52,139 bases of DNA from positions 1 through 52,139 of the IMG/VR virus record IMGVR_UViG_3300030419_007825. One strand, given 5' to 3'. The notes beneath the pieces are model-generated. The model had not been told where the DNA came from, did not search any database, and saw only the letters and a program-made list of their open reading frames with translations. Origin of the DNA: a virus (lineage: Duplodnaviria > Caudoviricetes). A program made the position numbers and the translations under genes. This document shows, one piece after another, positions 27,900-40,200 of the stretch (its first letter is position 1; each line of letters opens with the position of its first letter).

Positions 27900-29717
27900 A
27901 TGGCTGATGATAGGGCGAACAATAGTAAAAAACAACTGAAGATCATAAACTACGCCGGGCGTGATTTCAACTCTATACGTAACAATCTCATTGATTATGT
28001 CAAGAGATATTACCCGGATTCTTTCAAAGATTTTAATTCAGCCGGCTTCGGTTCCCTGGTTCTGGATACAGTGGCTTATGTGGGTGATGTTCTGTCTTTC
28101 TATGCAGACTATCAGCTCAACGAATCGTTCCTCGACACAGCCAACGAATACGATAACGTTGTGAAGATCGCCCGCCAGCTGGGCTACAAGTACGCAGATT
28201 CATTTTCATCTGTAGGCGAAGCACAGTTCTTTGTCTCAGTTCCTGCTTCGACAGCAGGCGCTCCCGATGAGGATTATATTCCGACTTTGCAGGCCAACTC
28301 TACATTTACTACCACCGGTGGACAAAACTTTACTTTGGTCGAAGATGTCAATTTCGCGGATCCGAACAACCCGGTGATTGTCAATAAAATCAATTCTTCC
28401 ACAGGCGCCCCTTCGGAATTCGCGATAAAAGCTACAGGCAAGGTAATATCGGGCCGAGTAGAAAGACAGACCGAGACTATCGGTGACTTCGTGAAGTTCC
28501 GTAAGGTGCCTTTGAATAGTGCCAAGCCTGTAGAGATCCTCAATGTATTCGATAGTGAAGGACACAGATATTTCCAGGTGGACCACTTAGCACAAGAGAT
28601 CGTTTTCAAAGCTATCAGAAACAACAACACTGATAAAAACATTGTTCCCTCTATCTTAAAGGCCATTCCAGTAACTCGCCGCTTCACTCTAGAAAAAGAC
28701 AGAACAGAAGCATACTTGCAGTTTGGATACGGCTCTGAGTCGGAACTTACCAACGAATCGGTTGTGGATCCGAGCAAGATTGTTTTACAACTCCACGGTC
28801 GCGACTATATAACTCAACAAAACTTCGACCCCACGAACTTGACGGAGACCGACAAGTTCGGCGTGGGTCCTTCCAACACGATTATTACTATTTTGTATCG
28901 AGTTAATGAGTCTACGGATGTTAATGCGGCCGCCAACACCCTTACACAGGTAGCGTTCCCTCTCCTTAAGTTTAACAGCCCCCAGTCCTTAAACTCTACT
29001 CTTCTTTCTCGTGTGCGCTCTTCTCTGGAGGTAACCAATGAAGATCCCATCGTCGGAGATGTTCAGGTACCCACAACTGCAGAGCTTAAGCAAAGAGTGT
29101 ATTCACACTTTTCAACTCAGAACCGAGCCGTCACTATCCAGGATTATAAGGCCATTTCCTACGCCATGCCTCCTAGCTTTGGAGCCATTCATCGCTGTTC
29201 GGTTGAGAGGGATTTTGATTCCTTCAAGAGAAACTTGAATATGTATGTTATCTCCAAAAATAAGCTCGGTTTCCTCACTGCGACCAATAAAACAATTAAA
29301 GAAAATTTAAAAACTTGGCTTTCTAACTATAAAATGATCAATGATACGATTGATATTCGCGACGCGCATGTCGTTAATTTCGGTATTAACTTTGCTATCG
29401 TGGCCGACCTGGAAGAAAATCGCTTCAATGTTTTGAATTTGGCAACTCAAAGGTTGCGCAACTTCTTTGCGAACCAGCAGTACGATATATCGGAACCATT
29501 GTATGTGGTCGATATTTACAAGGAACTTCAGAGAGTACCCGGAGTGATTGACGTGATTGATGTGCAAATCCTTCACAAACAGGGTGGCCTTTATTCCAAT
29601 ACAGATTTTGATTTTAACGACCGCCTTTCAGTAGATGGCCGCTATTTGAATGGCGAAGTAAATACTATTTTTGAATTAAAATACCCTAACGATGATATTC
29701 AAGGAAGTGTTACCTAA
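27900..29717 (+). CDS. Baseplate wedge protein, T4 gp6-like (Baseplate J superfamily)
   Basis: RDFNSIRNNL, DF...G...LD..AYVGDVLSFY.D...NESFLDTA, ARQLGYK, LQFGYG, QNRAVTIQDY. Confidence 0.9.
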   Translation: MADDRANNSKKQLKIINYAGRDFNSIRNNLIDYVKRYYPDSFKDFNSAGFGSLVLDTVAYVGDVLSFYADYQLNESFLDTANEYDNVVKIARQLGYKYADSFSSVGEAQFFVSVPASTAGAPDEDYIPTLQANSTFTTTGGQNFTLVEDVNFADPNNPVIVNKINSSTGAPSEFAIKATGKVISGRVERQTETIGDFVKFRKVPLNSAKPVEILNVFDSEGHRYFQVDHLAQEIVFKAIRNNNTDKNIVPSILKAIPVTRRFTLEKDRTEAYLQFGYGSESELTNESVVDPSKIVLQLHGRDYITQQNFDPTNLTETDKFGVGPSNTIITILYRVNESTDVNAAANTLTQVAFPLLKFNSPQSLNSTLLSRVRSSLEVTNEDPIVGDVQVPTTAELKQRVYSHFSTQNRAVTIQDYKAISYAMPPSFGAIHRCSVERDFDSFKRNLNMYVISKNKLGFLTATNKTIKENLKTWLSNYKMINDTIDIRDAHVVNFGINFAIVADLEENRFNVLNLATQRLRNFFANQQYDISEPLYVVDIYKELQRVPGVIDVIDVQILHKQGGLYSNTDFDFNDRLSVDGRYLNGEVNTIFELKYPNDDIQGSVT

Positions 29718-31243
29718 TGGCTATTTTACGATATACAGCTAGCGCCGACAATACAATTACTAATGCTTTTGACTATACTCTAGTGACGCGTGGTACCGGC
29801 TCTAACATGGGCTATGCTGATTCCCTAGAGGTATTTTCAATTTATGGGGAAACCACATCTTCCGCCGGCATGTCCCAACAGTTGTCGCGAATTTTAATTA
29901 ATTTTCCTATTTCGCAGATTTCAGCTGACCGGACCGCTGGTACTATTCCTGCGAGCGGCAGCGTTTCATTTTACCTTAAGATGTATAATGCAGAGACCCC
30001 CTTTACTCTGCCTCAGGATTTTACTTTGGTTGTGGCTCCAGTTTCTCAGTCTTGGACTGAAGGCACCGGTCTGGATATGGAGGAGTATACCGATAAGGGT
30101 TATTCTAATTGGATGTCTGCTTCTGATGGTGTAGGTTGGACCTCTGTTGGCGGCGATTACTTGACCGCCTCCAACTTTGAGGTGACTTTTCCGCAGGGGT
30201 ATGAAAACCTAGAGACCGATGTATCAGAAATTGTGGAGCGCTGGATCACGGTTGGTAATGAATTTACTAATTATGGCTTTGGAGTTCGGCTGACAGCTAG
30301 TCAGGAAGCCTACTTTTCCAGCTCCACCGGCCAAAACACAGGAAGCATCATTGATAATATTGGTGGATCGACTGACACCTATTACACTAAAAAGTTTTTC
30401 GCCCGCTCCACGCAATTCTTCTTTAAGCGCCCGGTTATTGAAGCTCGGTGGGATTCGCGCACTATGGATGATAGGGAGAACTTCTATTTCTCTAGTTCCC
30501 GCGCACCCGCAGCTGACAACCTTAATACACTGAACTTATATAACTATGTGCGTGGGCGCCTCGTCAATATTCCCGTTATCGGAAACGATCCAATTTATGT
30601 TTCATTTTATTCTAGTTCTGCCGGTTCTCCGACTGGCTCCAAGTTGCAGCTAGCCGCCGGCGGCGATGTGGCCGCAGATGGTGACCTTAATGCTACCGGA
30701 AGTCTGAGCAGCACAACAGGAATTTATACGGTGAGTGTCGCACTGACAGCCGCATCCACACCCCTTCAGGCGATACATGATGTGTGGCACAGGGATGGTG
30801 TGGAGTATTATACTGGCTCTTTTTATCCTGAGACAATGCCCACTTACGACATGGCGCCAACATTTAATAGAATAACGTCTTGTAGGAATCTTAAAAAGTC
30901 TTACTCTCGGAGTGATACTGCGCGTTTTAGATTTTTTGTTAGAGACAGAAACTGGTCGCCAACATTGTATACTGTGGCGACCGCCAACAACCCTACAGAT
31001 ATTATAGAAAGTGCTTCCTATAGTATTGTGAGGGTTGCCGACAATCATACAGCAATCGCCTACGGAACCGGATCAGACCTCTCCACGTACCTATCCTACG
31101 ATAAAGATGGCAATTATTTTGATCTGGACATGTCTATTTTGGAGGCTGATTATATGTATGAATTAAAATTGTCCTATTATAACGATAGTATAGGATCTTG
31201 GCAGGAACAACCTCAGACGTTTAAATTTAGAGTTGAAGAATAA
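29717..31243 (+). CDS. Virion structural protein with DNRLRE-like beta domain and Ig-like C-terminus
   Basis: ADNTI...SNMG, SRILINF, PVSQSWTEGTG, SNW...W...GGD, YGFGV, RPVIEARWD. Follows gp6 with a TAATG overlap. Confidence 0.6.
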   Translation: MAILRYTASADNTITNAFDYTLVTRGTGSNMGYADSLEVFSIYGETTSSAGMSQQLSRILINFPISQISADRTAGTIPASGSVSFYLKMYNAETPFTLPQDFTLVVAPVSQSWTEGTGLDMEEYTDKGYSNWMSASDGVGWTSVGGDYLTASNFEVTFPQGYENLETDVSEIVERWITVGNEFTNYGFGVRLTASQEAYFSSSTGQNTGSIIDNIGGSTDTYYTKKFFARSTQFFFKRPVIEARWDSRTMDDRENFYFSSSRAPAADNLNTLNLYNYVRGRLVNIPVIGNDPIYVSFYSSSAGSPTGSKLQLAAGGDVAADGDLNATGSLSSTTGIYTVSVALTAASTPLQAIHDVWHRDGVEYYTGSFYPETMPTYDMAPTFNRITSCRNLKKSYSRSDTARFRFFVRDRNWSPTLYTVATANNPTDIIESASYSIVRVADNHTAIAYGTGSDLSTYLSYDKDGNYFDLDMSILEADYMYELKLSYYNDSIGSWQEQPQTFKFRVEE

Positions 31244-31250
31244 TTAGGTT

Positions 31251-34200
31251 ATGAGCCTCAAAGGACTATTTGAAGATATATCTCTTACAAAGGTAGTACC
31301 TGATAAAACAGCCGCTGAAATTGGTGATGTTGTTGAGTCAGTTAGCTACCACGAAGCAGATATAATTGATGAAAAAAGATTTGTTCCGGAGATTGACTTC
31401 TCTAAGCCGGAGAACTTTGCCAAATATGGCTCAGCCGAAACCTATTATGAAGATTCCTTTACCTATATTCATTCGCTTTATCCTTACGATGGTTCTCTTG
31501 CAGAAAAGCTACAGTGGAGAAATAGCGGTTCATATATAGATCTCTATATTTTTGACAACGAATATCCCAGAACAACTGGATATATCAATTTCTCTTATGG
31601 GGGGTGGGGTACCCTCGTTGGTGCGCTAGAAAGTGGCTACGGCACCTCTGACGATGTAGAGTACATTGGGATTAAAGGCGGCCCCGGCCTCGGAGGCGGC
31701 ATCCAAGACCAGTCAGCAAATGTCTGGGATCCAGATAATAACAGAGAATCCAACCTAGAAGTAGACTTAACGGAGGGTGTTACTGTAGAATTTTGGCTCA
31801 ACAAAGAGGCTTTTAATGACACAGACACCGAAAAAGAGGTTATTCTTGATGTATGGAACAATGAGCTGTCAAGCTCAAGTGAGTACGGTAGATTTAGACT
31901 GGAATTGACCGGCGCTGCGTCGGGCCCGAGTTGGCTAGTTACGATTATGTCTGGAACCACTGGTGTCCAGTGGCAGACGATTGGCTCTGTTGAAAACGCT
32001 ACGGTGACTGATGGGAATTGGCACCACTATGCGTTTTCTTTCCTGTCCGCGTCGGCAGGCGTCACGACCAAGACCTACTTGGATGGTAATCTCCAAAAAA
32101 CCGAAACTATCGGAACCACAGGAATAAACAAAATTCAGGGCGCCCTGGAGGCCAACATCGGCGCGCTCTTCACGGCGGTGTCTGGCACGACGACGCCGAG
32201 CACCACAGCAAAGGGCGACGGCAAGCTGTCGGGCTCGTTAGATGAGTTTAGGTATTGGAAGGCCCAGCGCTCATCCGAAAAGATCGGGCGTTACTGGTTC
32301 ACGCAAGTGGGCGGGGGCACAAATACGGATATAGCCAATACCGATCTGGGTGTATATTACAAATTTAATGAAGGAATAACGGGTGTCGCTGCCACCGATA
32401 GCACAGTTTTGGATTACTCCGGCCGAGTTACAAATGGAAGCTGGACTGGGTATTCTGCTGGGTCCCGCAATACGGGCTCAGCAATCGTTTCATCCTCCGC
32501 TGCTGCTAGTGAATTCCGCGACCCGATTGTATATTCCACGCATCCGGAGGTGGTCTCTACGCTGGCCAACTTAAAGCTTTCGGGGTCAGCATATGATTTT
32601 GAAAACCCTTCGCAACTATTTTCGTTTTTCCCGTCATGGATGCAAGAAAATGATTTAGAACAAGGCGGCGAGCTGAAGAAGCTGACGCAGATAATGTCCA
32701 GCTACTTTGATAATTTGTATCTACAATTAGAGTCGCTATCTGAAATACAAGATGTAACATATCTCAGCGGTTCTTCCACAAAGGAGAACACGCTAGCCAA
32801 TCGGCTCCTAGCCAGCAAAGGATTTGTTGCCCCTGAGCTGTTCGCCGATGCTGATATTCTTGAGCAGCTCGGTGACCGAAGTGAAACGTTGCGCTATCGC
32901 GATACGCTGTCGAACATTAAGAACAAGATATATCAGAACATTTACAATAATCTTACTAATATCTACAAGACAAAGGGAACGCGACAGTCATTTAGAAACC
33001 TTCTTCGATGTTTTGGCGTAGATGAAAAGATTTATAGGATCAATGCGTATGGTAACAACGTTCAGTTTGAAGTAAGAAATAATCGTGAGCTTAATTCTAT
33101 AAAGAAGAATTATATTGACTTTAGCCAAACGGCCAGTTTTGGCGCCTCGGTATTTCTTACCTCTAGTGCAGATTCCAATACAGTTTCTTACCTCACCGGG
33201 TCTAGTCAATTGACAGGGGGCTTTGCCAGTACTCTCGAAACGTATGTTTTCTTTCCCAAGAAGCCCGATAGTTCAGACAAGGCCTACACAAACTATAGAT
33301 TCAATAGCCTGACTTCTTCGTTGTTCGGCCGCCATACGGTCGACCCGGCCGACCCCAATTCGCTTACGTGGGCCACTACTGATAATGCGAACTACCAAGT
33401 GTATGCTGTTCGTGATGAAGTCATGTCTAATGATGTTCGTTTCGTTTTAACTACGAGCGCAGGAGGAACTCTCCCGACGATTAGTTCCTCATATTATCAG
33501 GATGTTTATGATAACACAAATTGGATTTTTGCAGTAACCATCAAGCCTGCGGAGTATCCTCTCGTAGATTATGTAGAGGGCACCTCAACGACAGACTACA
33601 CCGTTGAGTTTAAGGGCACCCAGGTGGACGCTGGAGAGGTTTTAGACAGCTTCACCGTTACTGGTTCTTATAACGCTACAAACGACGGCTACGGCCCGAT
33701 AACAGGCAGCACGAGGGTATACGTCGGAGCACATCGCACAGATTTTGAAGGCTCTGTACTTGACCACACAGATGTACGGGTGGGGTACTGTAGATATTGG
33801 CTTGACGATGTTGATATGCCTACGCTCCAAGCTCACGGCAAGGACGTGACAAACTATGGCACTGATTTTCCATCGCTCAGCCCGTTTTTGTTCCAAAATA
33901 ATCAAGACTTCAATTTAAACTTTACGAAGGGCGACACTCTTGCTCTTAATTGGGATTTTCAAACTGTAACGGGATCCGACTCCTCCGGTGAGTTTGTAGT
34001 GGCAGACTTTTCGTCTGGGTCGAGCGCTATTCAGTCCAGTCGTTATGGGTTTTTAGGAAATCTTTTGGGCGCCCAGCATACGGGCCAAGGTTTCGGCTTT
34101 TTGACCAACAATACAAATGTAATTGATCCAGACTATAACATCGCTGCCGAGTTGCTAAATTTTGAACAGCTCACCTCTGAGGATATGATTGAAGTCCTCG

Positions 34201-37200
34201 ACATTCAGGATGATATTCAGTTTACCAGAGAATCGCGACCGATTAACTTTTTGTTTGCAATCGAAAAGAGCATGTATGCCACCATTTCAGAGGAGATGAT
34301 AAAAACGTTTGCGGTGATCAGTGATTTTAATAATATTGTGGGCAATCCTGTTAACAAGTACCGAAGCGAGTACAAAGATCTCCGCGTTTTAAGGCAGAAA
34401 TTTTTTGAAAGAGTGGGAAATACTCCCGACCTTGACAAATATATTGAATATTATAAGTGGTTTGATGCAGCGCTGAGCAAGATGATTGAGCAGCTTATTC
34501 CTGCGAGCGCGCAGTTCTCTAAGAATGTTCAAAGTGTGGTAGAAAGCCATATCCTTGAAAGAAGCAAGTATCAACATAAGTTCCCCACTCTAGAGTTTAA
34601 GGGTACGGATATAATGGGTGTTGTTGAGTCGCCCCTCCCGCTCAGCCCGGGCTGGAGATACACTCACCACCCCGTCGATGATCTAGAGAGCAACAACGCC
34701 AACTGGTGGCTCACCCGCGCTGCCAGAAACAAGGGTAAATTGGCTTCTGGGATCGCTGCGGTAGATGGGAATCGTCAGGTTGTTTTCGAACACACCATTG
34801 AGGACAACAGGACTCGTAAACGCGAAAATGTTTATCGATTTAAAGAACAAAGACAGAAAATAATTGCCGCCGGGACCAATTATGGCGATAACAAGATAAA
34901 GAATTACGTCTTTCATGCCACGGAGCCCTGGGGTCCCACAGTGCCCTCAACAAACGTTCCTCAGAATGTGATGGTTTCTTTTGATACAGACATTATGAGT
35001 CCACAAGTTATTAGTGATGATTTGCACCCCGGGAAGAAAAAGCGGATCAAGTATGCCATCGATCCTACAATCAACAAGGATATTGAAAGTACGGCCAAGG
35101 GAGCTTACTTAACGCCTTTCAGCCTATACAGTGCATCCTCGGCTACTGATTATAATTCGCGAATAGAAACAGGTTATCGTGAAAACATTAATTTAACAAA
35201 TCTCCATGAAGATATTGTAGGCAATAATGACACGCGCCCACTTCAAGGTCCCTTCACAGAAAAATTCGTAGGAGGCCGCTTCTATCGCCATACCGAACTT
35301 AATGACGGCACAGATACGCGTGAGTCTAGAGGGGAAGGATTCCGTTTGGCAATCGGGCTGGAGTCGGTCGATGATGCTCCTCCCGGAGCTGTAGGCGCCT
35401 TGGGTATTGTCCCTCCAAATTATCCATTTATTGATTCTCCTTCTGGTTCTGCACCACACGGTTTTTTGCCGGCCCTAAAAACAGCCCATCGGCTACGTGA
35501 TGAGGGGGTGAAAAGATCGGTAAACATTAGAAACATTCTGATGTCTACTGCATCGGCTGATGTACGCCTGTCGGGTACGCTGGTGCACAATAGGATTGGC
35601 AACTATTCAAAGAACTATCAAATTGTACAAACCTCGGGCCGCACCATTAATGATTTATATTTCCGAAAGCAAACCTTTGATTTTGCTTCATACCCGGAGA
35701 CGCTAGCGACACGAGGGCGCTTCCCGCTCACCCTAACTTCGACGCAGAACGTAGGGGGGGCTTTGGAATATGAGCTTCCCGACCGCGACGGTGTCAATTC
35801 TAATCAAACTGTTATCGTTAACCGTTTCTCGGCCCCTGGTTCGTTCGCTGCCATTTCACGTGGTTACCTAGATCCGGCGCACGAAGAGAAGTCGGTTTAT
35901 AACGTTTTACCCTATCGTAATCTTAGGGTACTCAATTATGGCCTGTCTGGTTCAGCATCCGTTGATCCTACCACGACCGGCAGCATCTTGGTGCAAGATC
36001 AAATTAATAAGCCCCGCGGATTAAAGCAGCTACTGACGCTGCACTGCGGCCGCTTTGGAATTGACGCGGCCTATGGGTCCTTCCCGACCGAGGGATATCC
36101 TACTACTGGCTCTTATCATAAAATAAATCGTAACCGTCGACGGCGGGTGTTCTATGGGGACCCTGACACTATTGAGTCGGTTTACGATAACGGCCACCTT
36201 ACTCATCCCATCCCGCGATCCACCCAGCAATACCAGTGGATTACAGCCTCGATACGCGACCAGGAAATAATTTATGGCTATACGGAATTAAGTGGGGGAT
36301 TTTTCGTTGACAGTTTGCCTCTCATCAGTCGCTCTGTGGATTATGCGGACGAGACTTTTCTATACCTGACAACAGGAATTGTCGATCCGGTCACCGCGTC
36401 GTCTAATACATTAGGCTACCCACTCGATGCTCCAACTCAAAATATTGATGGAGTGTCCTACTCTGCGTACGCTAACGCCGACTATTGGAATCCCCCCGTG
36501 TTTGATCGGCCGCCTGATTTCTTTAACTCTTTGATGCTTATGCGAAACGGTCCCTATCAAGCACCTTCATGGAAACAGGTCCGTATATCCGACCACCCGG
36601 TGATTAGAAATCACGTGAAGAATAGTGTCTATTCGGTTGCCTCTTTAACTGCCTATGACATGTCTGTAAATAGTGCCCGAGGCAGCTCCATAAAACAGTT
36701 TACTGAGCCTGTGGTATATTCCGAAGAAATGCCGCTGAGGCACACATTAGATTACTCTGGCCTCAATCTTACACTCAAAAACACCTTTGGCAACAAATTG
36801 ATTCATTTTGCTACCTATGAGATTGATAACATTGAGAATACCAGAAAAGATTATGCTTCCTCGGATCTCTACTTCAACCGCATTAACTCAATGATAATGA
36901 AAGGGTCCAATAAGGACACCACCGTGGGGGGTGCTTTAAGCAACATGTCAGTAGTATACTCTCAGCGAGTATATCCGGCAGCCTACAATTCATTCTTGGA
37001 GAGGACAAGGTCTAGGCAGCATTATAGCATTGATAATATCTGGGACAACGCTAGAGCAGAACGTTCAGACGCGGACCGTGAAAATTCCCAAGGCACTACA
37101 ATTGATAAACTATATGTAGCTTATCCCAGTAAATGGTCCACCGATGCCCACCATGTCTATAGTTCTTCTGTGAGTTTTACGTACGATGATGGCGCCGGCG

Positions 37201-40200
37201 AGCTTCAAAACTCCTATTCCCGCTACATGGTCCAAGGAAGGTACGATCCGGACAAGAACCTGGACGTAAAGATTATATACCCCGCAGCCACCTATAACGC
37301 TCGGGTGCCACTGGGAACTTATTCTTCGTCGGTGGCTACGTTCCCGGTAACAGGAGCGCGGCCTGCATATGTGGGAGATCGGTTTAACCTTGTGATGGGT
37401 ACCTTCTCGGGCTCGATTGCGAATGCGGGGTCGGGCAAATTTCCATATAAGACTTACGGAGAATTTGGTAAACATTTGCGTCTTGTAGGCAAGGACTACT
37501 CTATCGTGCCCGAATTTTTGATAAGCAAGCATATGGAGGAATATCTCCAAGGCGAAGACTTCACTACTCTGGATGACATTGACGACTTGTTCAACCTTAC
37601 GGGTTCCGGTTATGGTAACTCCGCCACTACTGGGTTCTTTAGGGAGTATAGCAATTCGGACTTCATGAAGATGTTCGATGTTGTTAACACGGCGTATGAT
37701 GGTGCTGAATTGGTCGACGGATCCAAGATGTCTCAAGATAAGATTGGCCTCAAGTGCACTGCATATTTGCAATTTTTACCATACAAGGGCTTTTATCCAG
37801 CGGAGCGCACTCTAGAACTGGCGACGCTGTTTTCGCAGTCCTATGCGCCATACATCAATAAGAGTGGCTCGTCTGGCAGCGCCACGGCCGCAGTGTATCG
37901 AGCCCTTCTTGAGCCGCTATATTCTCAGGGCGTTATGTACAATACAATTAAGTCTGGAATCGCCGTCAGCAACTTTGTTATATCCAACACCTCAAGCGCA
38001 CCCTCTTCAATTTTACCCTCGTGGGCCCCATGGTATCCGGCAACAGCTGGATCAAACATTTCGGCCTCCTCAGTTCAGAACATTAATGCAACCGCTTTGC
38101 CCGAGGGTAACCTGTATTTTAAGTACATGCTGCCTCCCTTTAGGACTATCGACGGTTCGCACTCATCTTCATACTATAATGAGAATGGCTACTTCTTCGA
38201 AAAGGTTCCGTTCGAGGCGCTTTATCAGCCCAGAAACTATCTCACCCAAGATTATGTTTCCGGTTCGGGAAGAATTTATGATACAGGACTTCATAGTGCG
38301 AGCTTGAAAGCTTACTCTGGGGACGTCTCTGAAGAAAACTATATCACATGGGACGGCGACGGCGACAGCAGGTACGAGTTGGCCATAGATAATTTCTTGT
38401 GTGAAACAGTCAACTTCTTCCAGGACGGCTTAGTATCAGTTCTATCTGGAAGGGAGGAAGACTTCGGCGCCGTTACGAGTGGGTCCGAATACTCCATGAC
38501 GCTTAAGCTCTATCGGCCCACTACCTCTAGTGTGGGCTACGACTGGGCCGACACTGGTTCAATCATCCCCGATTATGATAAGTTTGACATGTACCGACGT
38601 GTTTCTGCCTTTGGTCCCCCCCTTGCGGCGAAGAGTTGGTCCGGCTGGCCGTTCTTCGCGGGCAGCGCTAGCTATGGTGCAAGCTTCTCGCACGTGACGC
38701 CCCCTTATTTGGCCGGCTCGGGCTCTTGCACATTTACCTTTAAGGCAACCTATGATGGGCAGCCCACTTTGGATGAAATCTTTAGCAATTTAACAATCAC
38801 TTATGATAGAATGGAATTTGTAGAACTTCAAAATTCTAGCCCCAGCTTCGCCACCGATATGACCGACTATAAGGTACAGTTGAAGGACTGTTTTAACTTG
38901 ACGTCCTCTGTGAATACGGTCCCCAACAATACTAGATCGCAAAAGAAGCAGTGGCTTATCCAGTCTAAATTTGAGACTCCCGTTATTAATATTGCTGGAG
39001 ATCGACGCACGTGCTTGGACCCTGGAACAGGCGTTAAAGCCAGCGGCTCCATTTTCTTCACCCGCGCCCCTTCAGCTACCTTCATGAGCGGAACGAATGT
39101 CAATTGGGCCGATGGTCTCGGCAATACTCATACTTATATATTTACAGATGCGGCGGCTGTAAGTGCTGCCGGCGGCAAACTTCAAGTGAGCACATATGAT
39201 TGGGAGGTTTACGTAGTCAATGGCAACACGGAGGCCACTCGCAATAATCTCTATCATGCTATTACTGCCTCTAAGTGGGTAGATAGCGCCCTGAATGTGG
39301 CAACCACGTCCAGTACTGACTGGATCTATTTAGATCAGCGCTTCACGGGTTCGATCTTTAACCAGACCATCGCGAACTCTGCGAGCCCGTACGTAAATGT
39401 TGCAGGATTTGCCGGCGGAGTAAACGGCACAGCGGACGTGCAATATGGAGACGTATACGGCAATATCCCCGAAGCAACGCCCACGGGCACTGTGGTGCCG
39501 ACGTTGCCCCACTCTACTAACGGCCTTGAGGTTACTCCTAACTGTCAGCTCTTTACGCAGGGTCTCTGGCACGATTACGGGACGATACCTAGCGGCTCTG
39601 ACGAAGGCGTCTTTGCTATTATAGAATCACCGTCTCCCAAGAAAGGAAAATCTTTGGCAGAAGTGGTGCAGATGCCTATTGGTCAGCCATTCCGCGTCGG
39701 CTCCATTAAGGAACGAAGCTTGCTGGAAGAGGCTGTCGTGGCCATCCCATTCTTTATGGGCACCGATGACAGAAGGAAATACTACAAGCTAGACGAGGAC
39801 GCACAGGCTTCCATAGACACGCTGTCGGCCCATCTGGAAAAGTATGTCTTCCCGCCGCGCTTCGACTTTGTGCGCAACCCAACGATGGCCCCAGTGGCAA
39901 TGTATGTGTTCGAATTTAGTCGCGCTATAACTAAGCAGGATTTGGCCGACATGTGGCAAAACTTGCCTCCCTCTATTCATGAGTCGTTTGAGCAGAAAGT
40001 TACAGTGATTGAGCATCGACTTCTGAGAGATCAGATTTTAAATACAGAGAATCGAAAGTTGCGCCAAGATTTGCGTTGGATGGTTTTTAAGGTCAAGAAG
40101 CGCGCAGCCATGGACTACACTCGATTTATCAAACAAGGTTTGGTGGATGATACTGGCGTCATCCCAAGTAATATTAATAATGCCGCCTATTCCTACAACT